Positions 1 through 15,181 of a stretch of DNA of 64,000 nucleotides are shown piece after piece (positions within the stretch are counted from its first letter, which is position 1; each line of letters starts with the position of its first letter). The notes beneath the pieces are model-generated. The model saw nothing but the letters and a program-made list of their open reading frames with translations, was not told the DNA's origin and made no database searches. The stretch lies in NCBI GenBank assembly GCA_964188305.1, contig OZ076885.1; one strand, 5' to 3'. The position numbers were made by a program, and so were the translations under genes. This stretch comes from Podarcis bocagei (Eukaryota).

Positions 1-1015
1 GTTACTTTGAAACCATGACTGCTAAATGCTGCTGACTTCATTAGAAAGCCTGGCCATCTGTGAAGAGGGTGGGTTGTGCATCCTAACACAGTGGCCCATG
101 CAGCTGTCTGGAGAACAGCATTGCCCTGAGGTTTGCCTTCACAGATAAAGAGGGACAACTGGGAATAGGTAAATTCCTTCTCTTGCAAATAAGCCAGCCG
201 AAATGACTGAGACAACACTTAAAGTCAACCTGCCTGTCCTCTTCAAAGGACAAGAAGTTTGCCACGATTCTAGCTTCTGCTTTTTTGGAAAACAGCAGCT
301 ATTCCCCATCCCTCTGACCCTGTCCTTCCCTCCTACATGTCCGCTTTCTAAGTTTTCCATCCATCCCAGCACCAGCTGTCTGTTCCATAGCAGAACATGC
401 ATAGATTCTTGCATGCATTCATGCACATGCACTCTGTGGTTTGGGGAACTAATCCAACTCTGGCATTAGAAAGGGGAATGGAGTAATATTACCCTAACCC
501 CACACCCCACACACATCCCAAAACCACACAGGAATTCCCCATACAAACCAAGCAGTTGTTATGCTGTAACAAAGTTGAGGTGACTGGGTAAGTGGGGCAG
601 TAGTCCTTGCCCCCAGTCCAGTGTGAATCAATAATATCTGTTGCTAAAAAGCACTCAGGCCAAACGTGACTTGCTTGGTAAGGGGAGAGGTTCCACTGTG
701 TCAGGATCGTATTCCCCCTTCTAGGTGATCCACACAGTCCAAGACGGCTTGCCCTATACTCCGAGAACAACTGCTGTAGAATACAATGGATAGCATGCAA
801 GAGTTGGAGAGAAGGACCTACCTGCTTCCTAGCTTTGATAAAGAGACAAGCTTGCAAACCTCTGGCCTGGAAGGGAGCTTCTGAACCCTTGAAAGCAAAA
901 CACCATGGAGAAGATTTGTCATTTCTACAGAAGCAGTATGGTGGCAAAAGCTACACTTGCTAGCCTTCATCCTGCCATTCAGCCACTTAAGATATTGGCG
1001 GTTTTCTTGCAATCT

Positions 1016-1115
1016 TGTTGTTGTTGGCATCCGTCTGTCTCAGTAGACAATGAAGGAAGTGCGCCTTTGAGGGTGAAGTCAAACCGCTGGAGGGTTACAG
1101 CGTCTGCTGTTGCTT
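1016..1115 (-). mobile_element. Interspersed repeat fragment, probably a LINE 3' end; second copy at about 4587-4760
   Basis: (TTG)n tail then CATCCGTCTGT..AGACAATG..AGTGC.CCTTTG.GGGTGA.GTCAA shared with the 4590 region. Confidence 0.55.
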
Positions 1116-1377
1116 GGAAATTATAGCCTTGTTCGGGGAAAATTAGTCTGCTCTCTGTTTTTGATCAGAAGCCTATTGGAAAACAGTAAATGAAGGAAAC
1201 CTGTTGGAAGGGTATCCTTGCATTCAGATCTGTAGAGTACATTCAGGCTGCATGGGCCAAATTGCCTTGAATTTTTCTTCTTGCCAGCACTCATTCTCAC
1301 TCATGGCCTTTTTATCTCCAGGACGTTTCTGCCCTGCAGAACTTTGATATAATTATTCCCTGACACTCACCAAGTAA

Positions 1378-1665
<288 letters not shown>

Positions 1666-3633
1666 TAATAGTTCAAGCTTGCACAAAGGTAAGGAAGAAA
1701 AAGCAAGTGTGGCCATCTTGTGTACTAGCATCATGGACTTAGGACATGGTTTGAAATTTCAGCTGGAAGGGGGAAAATAACCTCAAAGATACAAAAGATG
1801 GGGATCCAGTGGCATGCAGTGCCATTAATTAGCAAAGTAACTTTCATTTCCCCACATTGCACCACCGTAGCAGTTCCCGTAAGGAACCCGTTCTCAGACT
1901 TTGTTATATAGTCCTGTAGGGCTTCCCAGGTGTGCTTGTTTCTGTCCTTGTTTCTGTCCTTGGGGAAATGCAGAATGTTCCTCCTTCCCATGCCTGATAC
2001 AAATGGGTCAGGGTTCGAAAGGCTGCAGAACGCTGAAGCGAGGTACTGAGAAGGGAATCCATGAGCCGTGGCTTCTTTTGATGCTTGCCAGAAACCAGCT
2101 GAGTCGAGTCCCTCGCATTATTTATTTTTGTCTTGTTTATCTTGTTAGTGAAATGCTCACTCATGCATAGGGAAGGCGGTGAAAGCTGAGAGGAAGCAGT
2201 GCAGAGAGCATGATAGGAGGGACACAAATGACTGAAGGGAGAATGTCTGGGTGCTTTTCTGTTCAGAAGCGGCATGTGCCTGCCCAGAACACATCTCTTG
2301 TCTCCTGACATTCATTTCTCTTTCTGTGCTTTTTTATTTTTTAAACATGCAATCTTTTTGAACCCAGCCAACATACTTTAGGAAAGTCCCTTGCTGCATG
2401 CCTGGCACTGTGGCATATTCAGTCTTGTAGCTGGGACCAGGCATTCTTGATCTCTTCAAGGCCACAATGACTCCTCTTTTCCTGTAGGAAAAAAACCCAG
2501 CTTGGAAACCCCTTTTTTTCCATTTAGCAAAAGAGGATCACACATAGACCCTTGTCAAGTGTCGGTGATCCCCTTTGATAGTGTAGGACAAGTGCCCACT
2601 TTGTTGTGGCATCGTGTGGTAAAAAATGCCATGGCCACAGAAGAAGTCAATAGGGTCTTGTCAGAAGAAAATGGGGCTGTTGTTCTGTCTCTCTCAGCTT
2701 CAGTTTTCATTGCTCTTGGCTGCAGTTCAAAGTAAACACTAAGTATAAAGGCTGGGCACGCAGTAATTTAAAACGAAAGGGTAAGTAACAGCAGAAAAGC
2801 AAGGATGGTGGTGCCCTGAATCCTTTGCTGTGCAGGTGGGTTCATACCCTTCTACGAGATTTTCTACTGATGGCCATTTGTCCTGGGACATATTTAAAAG
2901 TGGTCTTGGTGAAAATATGCGCATACACTTCATACAAAAAATGATGAGGAGCCAAGCCTCCATATACGAGTGTTAACCTTGCATTTAGTTAGAAGTGTGC
3001 TCTGCATGAAGGCAACTGAGTGCAATATTTAAAGCACTTGGTTTTCATTTGGCTGGGTTCCTATAACTGTCCAACATGAGAGAATTGCTCTTTAATTTTA
3101 CTGGAAAATAAAACATTGCCACTTCTGAGGCATATTTAGGATTATTAGAGCTGTGATAGCTAACCTGTGGTCTTCCAGATATTGGCATAGCCAATGAAGG
3201 GATTCACAGTCCATCAAAATACAGAGGGCGACAGATTAGCCACCTTGCATTGGGGAAAAAGATGTGATATTGTCCTCCTGGAACAATGCCACCTGAGGGT
3301 ACATGTGTGCTGACTGCATATTTAAATCTTTCTTTGCTGAAAAGCTCCCTCCTACTATGAATGAAGATTTTAGCTTAGCGTTTCTTATGAGCTGGGTGTT
3401 AATGTGGAGAAGTGTTCAGACGTATGATTCCTTTGATTGCTTTCTGAAATGATATGGTCTTTGTGAGTGCATAACATCTCAACTGTGAACACAGCTCTGT
3501 AGATTGCAGTTGTGGTATTGCAATAAAAGACAAACGGAAAGTTTCCCAAGGTAGACTGTGTTCTTTTGGTTGTATATGAGTTGTTTACTGAAGTGGAATG
3601 AAGAAGTGGAACATAACTCTTTTCTCTTTCTGA

Positions 3634-3807
<174 letters not shown>

Positions 3808-4586
3808 TAAAATGATTACAGGAACGGGCCAATTTTTCCACTAAAAGGTGATGGTTGTACTACTGTGGTGGTGATTGTTATGGACTCCCCTAAGTTCAAC
3901 ATATGTGTTTAGCAAGCAAAGACTCTTGAGTCCTGGGGGGGACTGCAGATAACCATATTACACACACCAATTGCAAGTCTGGTTTCTACCAGGCTCCCCA
4001 ACAAGTAATGTCTACCAAAGTCCAGAAAGTGTGTGGAATAAAACTGCACTGGATTTGATGCAGTGCACTACAGATAGATCATCTATTTTGAATCCCTTTG
4101 TGATTTATGTTGGCTAGAAACTTGCAGAACACAGGGTGAGATTGCTTGGAAATTATCCCTGTAAAGCTTCAGAAAGAGTTGTGTTCTCCATGCTCCTTCT
4201 GACATTTTCATACACTTCCTGGATAATTATTCTGCCTGATTGTACTTGAGGTTGTGGGCTAGGAAGCCAGATAGGGGGACGTGTTTCTGTCCAATTCTAA
4301 AGAGAATTTTTTTACATTATGCCATAATCCACTAATTCACAATCATGGTGAACGAAACCTACATTTTGCATCTGGACGTTGGCTTACTGATCATGCAGCT
4401 TTTCAAAACTAAAACTCCAGTGAAAGCATTAATGATATATGTTATTACAAACTCATTTGCTTATGTAGCCTGAAGTGGCATGGCTCTCATCTCTATGGAA
4501 TGCTCTAGGGTCTAAGAATGGGGGAATATAAGGAGGGTGTGTTAAGAGGGTGTGTTAAGGTTAAGGGGTACTTTAAGGTTAAAATA

Positions 4587-4760
4587 TGTTGCCATCCGTC
4601 TGTTTCTGGAGACAATGGAGGAGTGCACCTTTGGGGGTGAGGTCAAGCTGTTAGATGGTTGCAGTAGCTGCTGTGACTGTAGAGACTGATGCAGGAGATA
4701 CATGTTTTGTTGCAGTTGGGGCAGATAAAGGCATCTGGTTGTGCTGCTCCGGATGCACCA
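4587..4760 (-). mobile_element. Interspersed repeat fragment, same family as 1016-1115
   Basis: Direct similarity to the 1016-1115 copy. Confidence 0.55.
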
Positions 4761-7700
4761 TGGTGTTTCTTCTCTCTGAGTATGAGGAGTTCATACGTTA
4801 GTCCTTAACTTCAGCATGAGGTATTGCAAGAGTGTGGGCTTTACCCTGGTCAATGTGTTTCATGAATCTGCTTGGTTTCCTCTGACTTCTGCCTATCAAT
4901 CCACGTGTCAGAATAAATGCATGCCTGGTGTGTGGATTCCACCCTACTGTAGGCATTTTGTTTTGCATGAAGATGTTATCATAGCAGTTCAGTGGGCATC
5001 TGGGGTTGACTGACAGCTTTCTGGGGCGAGGACTGCCCAATGAAAAGTTTTCCAGACTATGAATTTTAAAAGGACTCAAATTAAGGCTTTAAATAGCTGT
5101 CACTGTTGTAAACTAGAAAGTAAAAATTAATGAGGCAGGCAGAATGTATTTAATGTGGCTCAGGCAGGAAATGCCACATCAGGCAGGTAGTACTTAATGA
5201 GAAAATCATCTTGAGTTAGTACCAAGTTCAGGGTTGTTGTTGTTTTAAATCACCCTTAGCCATAATTTTTTTGGTCCAAAGCTCTCCAGTGTCATTCAGC
5301 CTACTGAAAGGTTTCAGCACCAGGCTGCTGTAGATCATATAACCAGCAGCAGCATCACAAGTTTGAGAAAACAGGAATGCAGAATTGATCCAGTAATGGC
5401 AACATCAAAATGGCTTTCTGTGTGGTGAACAAGGAAATGGCTATTGAAAATTAGAAAGGAATATGAAAATAATTATTTACACAGCCAAGACCCCTGTGCA
5501 AATTGGTTTAAAAGAAGCTTTTTGCTGGTGTAGTTCACAAACTATTTTCTACCAGGCAATGAGCTTTTCATCCTTCCTGGATCCTGATTAGCTGCACACT
5601 AAAAGCTCACATTTGATTGCAACATACAGTTAGAGTTAGATACTACTGGGATAATAGATAAGCATTTTTATTCTCCCATTCATGCATTTCCAACATATCA
5701 AATAGCTATCAGCTTTTTAGACTCCTGAGCCCTGCTTCCATGGTATAACATTGATCTGAAATCCAACTATGTCAGCAAGGAGAAAACTTAAGCTTTTAGC
5801 TTGTAATAATGAAACGGTGTTGGTTGATCACAAACTCTTACCAGCATAGAGAGCTATGCAAATATGCAGGGCTGGCTGTTATTGGGCAGAAGACACGTAT
5901 TGCTTGCAGCATTAAAAACAGGCAGCTGTTTGTTTCTGTCTTCTTCCCACTCATAACTGGTGAAGTGCGGAAGTGACTGACAGGGCTATGGTCTGTTTTA
6001 CCTCAATTCTATACATCAGCCAAACCTATTAAAATTGAAGCCATAACAAACACATGTTCCAGCTTACATAAGCTTATATATAATGTTTTTTAAGCTCTCT
6101 CTCTCATGTTTCATTTAGTTCTCAGGCTAGAAGGATGCTCTTTATTTCAGCTGCAGTCCATGAACCGTTTAAAGCAGCCACTGGATAGTTAACATCCCAA
6201 TGCAGTGGGATGTTGCAATGTGCAAGGCAAGGAGTGGGATAAGACTAGGTACAAAGGCCTTATGCTAATGCACACTTCGGTATCCTGTTGGTCCTCCAAA
6301 TGCTTTTGGACTACAGCTCCTATTATAGCCCCACATCAGGGCTGTTGGGAGTTGTGGTTCAAAACATCTGGAAGGCATCAGGTTAGTGAAGGCTTTGCTC
6401 GTGCAGGATTGAGAGTCATCATGTTGCAACAGCAAACAGGGATTGCACAACAGTGCTGAGATGAGAAAGTCCCTGCACAGGTTTTGAGACGAATGAAGGG
6501 GGACATGGCAGAGACTGGACAGGTGAATGGTGGTGCTACCCATAAGAATGAGAAGAAGGAGCTTGTACTAGTTTACATGCTAGTGCAGCAGCCCTATAGG
6601 CTGGGTTCCTGGAAGTCCTTGTCCCATTGACACCAGTGGAATGAAGCTACCAGTTATTTTGTCTTAATGATCTTGTGGTTTTCGCTGCCCTTAGGTTTTG
6701 GAAACCCAGCCAGATGGGCAGGGTATAAATAATAAATATTATTATTATTATTTCTGGGTGGTATATGCATTAATGTTTGCCTTCCTTTGGAATTGAAAGT
6801 GTGGTTAATACACAGCAGTTTAAATGTGCTAAGGATGTTGAATGAATATTGAACACATATTCAGTTGTGAGCAAAATTCTCCTTTCTTGCCCACCATTTA
6901 GTCCTCCTGACACCTGTTTTCATAGAATCAACCTCCTTTCTCCACTTCTGCATGGCTTGTGGTTGGGCTGCCTCTCAAAGTACATTCAAACAGCCAAGAA
7001 ATCATATAGATCCTAACAGTGAATTTTCAGCTTGTCATTTAAGACTAGAATAGAGGAAGGAGACTATTTTACACTCCAGAAGGTTAGGATTACTAGATTG
7101 TGAATGTGATGGCATTTCAGAACCCTGTTCTTTCCAGCCACCAGGTTTAATTCTGAAATATTCAATATTTATTGCTCCTCCAGCTGCTCGCCAAAGACAT
7201 GAAAATGCTGTCTTTATTTGCATAGCCTGTTAGCAGAGAATAGTTGTAATAAAAGCAATGGGATGGAAACAAATTCACTTGAGCAAAGCATTTTTTTGTT
7301 TCCTGTGTGTCTGTTCTGTTCTGGTTCTTTAAACAACTCTCCCTCCTTCACTGAATGTGCATTTCACTAAGAATCTCTGCTTGCTAGTAATGCTGCAAAA
7401 ACAGCCTTGTGTTATTAGTGAAGAAGGGATTCTTCAAGTATATATGAATATTTGTTTCTGAGGCAAGACTAAAATATATTTTCCTGCAAACAGGGGTCTT
7501 GAACCTTCTGAAGGATGGGGAATGCTTTTGTTTTAGACCCCACCCCTTCTAATATCACTTAAATTGGAAAGGGGTTGCACTCTAGCAAATGTTTGTTAGG
7601 AGAAACAAACTCCTTCCCCTTTCCCCCAACACTCTAGACCCTCTTTTCTTAAGGGGTTGCAGTGTGGGTCTATATATACTGCTCTCCCAACAATTTGCAT

Positions 7701-9086
7701 GGTGGTGTGATTCTGATTGGCTGGCTTTGGCAACAGGTACACCAGAAGCATTTAGGGATCATCATGAACCCTGCCCCCCCCCCCCCCGCTGCACTGGCAC
7801 AGAATTGCTTGCTAAGTTTTATCATGCTGCTAATGCGGCTTATATCTGCTGCCACTGGTAATTTGAAGACCACAGGCAGTGTCTTGAGCTTATTCAAGGG
7901 GGCAGGAACTAGTGGGAATCCCTGAGTAGCAGATTGGGAAAGACAGTGCACACAACCTTCTTTGGCCTCCACTTCTCCCAATATCCTCAGAATGCTTTCC
8001 ACAAGCAATAATGAGCTCATTAATAGTATCTGCTGAACTGCTTATTAAGTGCAGTTTTGTAGAGGGGCTTGGGATGGCATCAATTAGCAAGCAGAAAGTA
8101 CAAATATATGATGCTAATCCACATTTCAAGAATAATGACCATAGAAGGTCTTTCTAGCAGTTAATGCTCTGAGAAGAGGAAACAGTCATTAAGGCTGTCC
8201 CAAAGAGGGAGAAAATTCAAATGGACAAAGGAACCACATTGCAACAGAACTAGTAATATACAGCTGAGCCCTTTGATGTTTTCCTTCCCAACTTAATGAT
8301 TGCAGATCTTGATCTCAATGAGGGTATTTGCTATTGTTTGTAACTCAGTGCAACAGCATTATCTATTTGCGGTTTAATTTGCATCACGTACCTGGCACTT
8401 GTTCTCTTGTGAATGTGAAGGCAATTTTTGAATGGCTGTTGCCCAGCTACGCTTGCCCAAAATAATCACTGTGTTTGATTGTTATCCTCAACCAATAGTA
8501 ATCTTCAATTCTCCCAGTGCCAATCCAAATAGCAACCAAAATAGTCTAGCCTAAAAGCACAAGGAAGTTATAAGCGGACCCTGGGGAACCCTGAGGTTTT
8601 CAGAAGTTTATATGGAGTGGATTGGCTGGATCTCTATAAATAGAAGAACTCCACATTGCAGCATTTTGTTGCAGGTTCCACCTGGATATACTGATAGCCA
8701 TCTCAATGTGCCTAGCGCTGGTCCTCATGCAACTAAAACAGCACCAACCACACATAAGAGAGAGTTATCAGCAGACTTGGGGAAATCCCAAGAACTGGAG
8801 AAGTACCCCCCCACACACACACACACAAAATTCTGTTGGGGAAAAAACCTTTCAAGAGCCTGGGGGCAACTTCCCAAAACAATCTAATGAGAAGTGGGCA
8901 TGGATTTTTTTTTTTATTTTGGTGTGTGAGGGGATAGAAACTTAATGGGAAGTGGGATTATAATGGAATCCCAGAAAAGGAGCAGTCCACTCTGCAACAT
9001 TTTGTTTGCAAGCCCCACTTGTTTCCCTAATTCTGAAACATGTTCACTTGTGACTCTTGTCTACCAAAGTTCCAAAGATGTTTTGA

Positions 9087-9473
<387 letters not shown>

Positions 9474-9871
9474 TGAATTCAATTCACTGTAGACCATTTC
9501 CCTGATCTGGAAGGCCATATTGACTAGTGTCCTGAAGGCAGAAATGTGAGGTCATGAATTGAGCTCAAGGGGTTCCTGAGAACAACTGAGATAATTATGT
9601 TCCTGCTAGCCTACAAACCTCTCCTTTTCTTTTGCATTGATACATCCCTCCCTCACACATAATGCAGAATTAGATGGGCAAAATTACTTACTTTGTGGAA
9701 GGAGCTATTTTGACTGATTAAACTACTAGGAAAAAACATCCTTTGAAAAGCAATAGTTCTAGCATAGGGATTTTAGGGAACTGTTTACCCTTTCCAAGTG
9801 TAATGTTTGGGCTAAATAACATGTTCTGCCAGCGCATCACTTAAGTCCTTTGTGGACTTTCTGTGCAGCCT

Positions 9872-10004
9872 GCTTAGCTCACGGTGCTGAAGATGCCAAG
9901 GTTGCAGGTTCGATCCCTGTATGGGGCAGCTGCATATTCCTGCATTGCAGGGGATTGGACTAGACGATCCTCAGGGTCCCTTCCAACTCTACAGTTCTAT
10001 GATT
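9872..10004 (+). mobile_element. tRNA-derived SINE with CR1-type 3' tail
   Basis: B-box GGTTCGATCCC at about 9907; tail GGACTAGACGATCCTCAGGGTCCCTTCCAACTCTACAGTTCTATGATT. Confidence 0.8.
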
Positions 10005-10131
10005 TGGAGCCTGTGTAATTCTAAATATTGTTGGGGGTTTTTTAACTCAGTACAGCACTTGATCATTAACAACTGGAAGAAAAGGTCCCCCCAGACCTTT
10101 TGAGTTGCACAGCCTGCACTACAGTGTAAAT

Positions 10132-10267
10132 CAGGCATAGGCAATCTCCAGCCCTCCAGATGTTTGGGACTACAATTCCCATCATCCCTAGCTAACAGGA
10201 CCAGTGGTCAGGGATGATGGGAATTGTAGTCCCAAACATCTGGAGGGCCGGAGTTTGCCTATGCCTG
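10132..10267. mobile_element. Palindromic hAT MITE with 8-bp TSD GTGTAAAT
   Basis: CAGGCATAGGCAA...TTGCCTATGCCTG inverted ends; TSD at 10124-10131 and 10268-10275. Confidence 0.92.
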
Positions 10268-10346
10268 GTGTAAATGGAAAGAGCTGCTCAAATTCTCCTC
10301 AGTGGCTTCTGACGTATTAATGGTCAGGATGAAGAGGCAGCTTTAA

Positions 10347-10493
<147 letters not shown>

Positions 10494-10641
10494 TAATGTA
10501 AAGGTGCTGGGGAGCAGCCTGTGACTTGTAGTCTTTGCATGGCCTAGAGGATTTGGATGCTGCCTGGTCCTTACCTCAACTGTTTTAGCAGCAATGTTAA
10601 GACCATTTGCAGTGGACTTGCCATCACAGTCCATTAAAGGC

Positions 10642-10669
10642 TGTGTGTGTGTGTGTGTGTGTGTGTGTG
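10642..10669. repeat. (TG)14 microsatellite
   Basis: Direct reading. Confidence 0.95.
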
Positions 10670-11409
10670 GCAATTGTACTCTGAAAGCTGCCCTACCAGC
10701 TCAGGGGAAAAGGCTGAGGCCACGAAAGGCTTCTTCCCACACTATACTCGGCACACAAGAATGCCTTTATTATCCTCATATCTTATGTAAATTAAAGTGC
10801 TTGTGCTGTTTACTTTTGCACTTCCAAGTTTGTGGATACATAGCCCAGTTCAAACAAAACTGCATTCCTGGCTTCTTAAACCATAGTTTAATAAGCCAAG
10901 AATGAGTGTCGTTCCCCCCCATATACCTCCCCTGCATATCACCTCATTCCTATAATTGATGCACCAAACATCGATGTCTGTAACAAGGAATGGTGCCTTA
11001 ATGCTGATTTACTAACCAGGATTTTAGACCATGTTCAGATGAGGAACCTTCATTTAAGCTAACTGTAGTTTCAGCTAAATGATGGTTTAGCAAGCTGGGG
11101 ATGTATTGTGGCTGTATAAATATGTAATGGCATGTAATCCTGTTCTTGTAGACATAATCTCCTTTGGCCTGTCATTAGCAGAGGATGATTTATTGAGCCA
11201 ATCCAATAGCGATCAGTAAAAGAATATATATTATTTATTTTTATTATTCACTTGGCACTAGAAACCTCAGAACTTTTTTTTACATACTGCAAAGTTTTGT
11301 AGTTGGCATTGTGGAAAGGCTTCAACTGAAGCAGAGGTGAAACTTACTCGTGCACTGATTCTTACTGAGTATTGGACAAAAAACAAACCCCATTCCTGAA
11401 TGAGTCTAG

Positions 11410-11592
<183 letters not shown>

Positions 11593-13197
11593 TAACTTGC
11601 CCATAAGATGAGAGAAAAGGATGAGAGAAAGGAGGTCTCTGAAGAGCTCAGATGTTTTGGTTTACTTGATTTCTGTCTGTTAGTTCCTGGTGGAGATTTA
11701 GACTAGCAGCAGGTAAGGAAGTCTTTGGACTTTGGAAGCACAATTCAGGTAATTCCCAAAGTTAGACTGGTACATTCAGCCAAGACACATTAGAGACTAA
11801 TATTTTCTTAGGCTGACTGAGGTTATCATCCAGGTGAAAATTGGACTTGACATCCTTGGAGAAAGCACGTGGGTGACCAAGCCCAGCAATGAATTTTGGG
11901 AAGCTGTAGTGGAAAGCATGGCTCCAACTCCATAGTGGAATGCATAGTTAGCGGAGTCATCTGTTGCTTGTACAAAACTGCATGGTAGTCCACATTACTT
12001 CTTCTTTAAGCTACAATTGTAAGCCCCTTGGGTTTATAACTTTCAGAAATACTGTTGCAAGCTGCTCTGAGTCATGCAATAAGGTAGGGCATAGCTCAGA
12101 CATAGCTAACAGTGGTTGCTCGTTCCTCCTATGCAGTAAGAGACTAGCATTTATTTCTTATGTCAGCAAAATCAGCATGCTTGTGATAATATTGTTAGCA
12201 ACCAAAAGTGAAATGATCCTTATAGTAACTATGGTTCCACACACAGAGACCCCTCTCGTGACTATACCTGAGCGCAGCCTGGCTCTGTGTTCATGGGTCT
12301 ATATATACCTAAACTTCCTAATAACAATAGTTTATGCTGTATGGTACTCTGAGAAAGATACCTCAACAAGTATACTTGTCTCAGACAGACAATCCCAAGC
12401 TGTCCTCCCTTTTGGTGCAATTATTTGCACCCTTATCTTGGTGTAGGCCTCATTTAGATCAGTTCTACAGGCTGCAAGTCATGAAAAAATTGTTTTTGTA
12501 TCCTCAAATTTTAACAAAACAAAGGTAGACATTTCAACTAACATATCTAACAATTTTGGATAGGAGAAGACAAAACAAAGGAAAACTGGGGTGGGCCTCA
12601 TCTTCTCTAACCTGTTTAACATACAGCGCAAGAGAACCCGCTGAAACAAAAACCCTATATAGTGTAGTGGAGATTCTATATGTGTAGAGGGCGGCTTCTC
12701 ATACTGCACCTTACCAAGACAGGGCATTAAAAAGATTTGCACCTTCTCTATTTGCAACTTACACAAATCAGGGACAAACGTCTTAAGCTGACAGCTCTCC
12801 TGCTTAGTACTGGTCCAGGAAGTAAGCAGACTAGTGGAAAGGGGAGATGACAGAATCTGTGATGTCCTTTCAAAGTCCTTAAAGAAGATGTTACAGAGAG
12901 GCCTTTTGGAAAATGCACATAGCCCTCATAGTTGCCCTTTACTGCATTTGTGGTGGTGGGAAGTGGAGGTCCTGTCAACACTCCACCTCCTAGTTCTCTA
13001 GTAGAAACAATCTGACCTGGGGGGGGGGGTTAAGTGCATATTTTTGTGGTATGTGCAACTCGTATTAATGTTGTAATTATCAGTTAGTCTAGAATATGAC
13101 TCTAATGATCTCACTTATCAAAGCCTTAGTATGGTATATAAATTGTTTCTTATGCCATGTTTTTACATATTGCTAACTTCAATTATTTATTTCCTAG

Positions 13198-13404
<207 letters not shown>

Positions 13405-14968
13405 TAGACTAGAATAACTGCAATTTTTTTTCCCTATTGGCTGGATCCTATCCTGATAACATTTGAATAACAGCACAAGAAGTGTGGATAATGGAAGGTT
13501 CTATGTCAGGGCCCCTAGGGAGCAGCAGCACGGATAATGGAACCTTCTAACATGATCTGCCACATAATTCTGACGTGAGATCTGACCTTGATGAAGTAGT
13601 CTCCATGCATCACCAGAAATGTATAAGCCAGGCCTAAGATGAATAACAGCATGGTTGCATTTATACTTTCTCTCAAATTTCCCTAGTATTCTCTGTACTT
13701 CCCAAAACCGCTCCGTAGCTTGTTATTGTGGAGCTCATTTGTAAATTCAGTAGTAACAGGACACCTGTTTCTGACTGGGCTGGGACTCCACCATGAACAA
13801 ACAAGCTGAATTCTGAACAAACAGCAAATGACATGGTATCTCTACAGTACATGAGGAGAGGTGGAAACAAAGGCAGATTTGTCTCTCACATACTAGTTAC
13901 ATACTAGTTACATTTCTCTGGGCATTTTATATCCTGAGCCACCACACTTGTTAATCAAGGGACCATTATAACCTTCAGTTCTCAGTAGCTAGATTCCTGG
14001 AAACATGTGTTAAATTTCCCCTTTTGCCATGTTGTTGCTTTTGCATTTTGAAAATCTACACTGGCTCTGAAATCCACAGTTTTCAAGTTGCCTTTGTTGC
14101 TCTGTTCCCTTTTGTGACATTTTCTTTTTTCCCCCTTAAAATTTGGGAGAACATTTTGTACTGGCCATGCTCTGTCCATTCCTCATTACCTCTATCCAGG
14201 GAGCTTTTGTGAACTAAAGAGAACAGTGTATTCGACTAGATTTTTTTATTTTAAAAAATCATCTTTATCAGGACTTCTTTCATATGCATAGTATGGTGTT
14301 AGATGCAGCTAGGTAGTGAGACCGAATTCATCCCAGCAGGTAGCCTCAGATGGACTCCCAAAGTTGCTGGCTCTGAATTTTACAAAGGGCATTTCTTATC
14401 CTTTGGGATTTGCCACCAAACTGAACTATCACAGGTTACTGAGACAAATGTAGGTCCCATGAAAGCTCACAGAAGAAGCAGATGGTTAGTTGCATGGCAA
14501 TATGGTTCTCTTTTTGTGCTCTGGCAACTATTGTTCTCCACCGCCATTATCATCCTCAAAGCAGCAAGGAAACACTATGAAAACATTACATGGCCTGAGC
14601 TTGCGAGGTGATAAGCACCTGCTTTCCTTAGATGTTTGGAAAACTCAGACTAACAGCCTATTGAGAATGGTGGCCATTTGCTATCATTCACTGAAACAGC
14701 AGCTTAAGATTGTCTTTCATCTTCTCAATTTAGCACACACAATTCTTCTATGTCCTACTGGGCACTTGCATCAAGAATATGTATTTTTTGTGGTAAGGAG
14801 AAGAGGACAGGGACAATTGCCCTAACCAAGAGGGGAAATCGTCTTCCAAGAAAGTATCTAAAAGACCTATATGTAGAGAATATGTAGGTTCTAATAGTCA
14901 CTCCCACCCCTCACCTGGCGTCCCCATAACCTTTTGGTGATCCATCTCGCTTTGCTCACGTCCCATGA

Positions 14969-15181
<213 letters not shown>

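Noticed and set aside
9872-9920. tRNA gene
   Set aside because: B-box belongs to a SINE head with a CR1 tail; no complete cloverleaf
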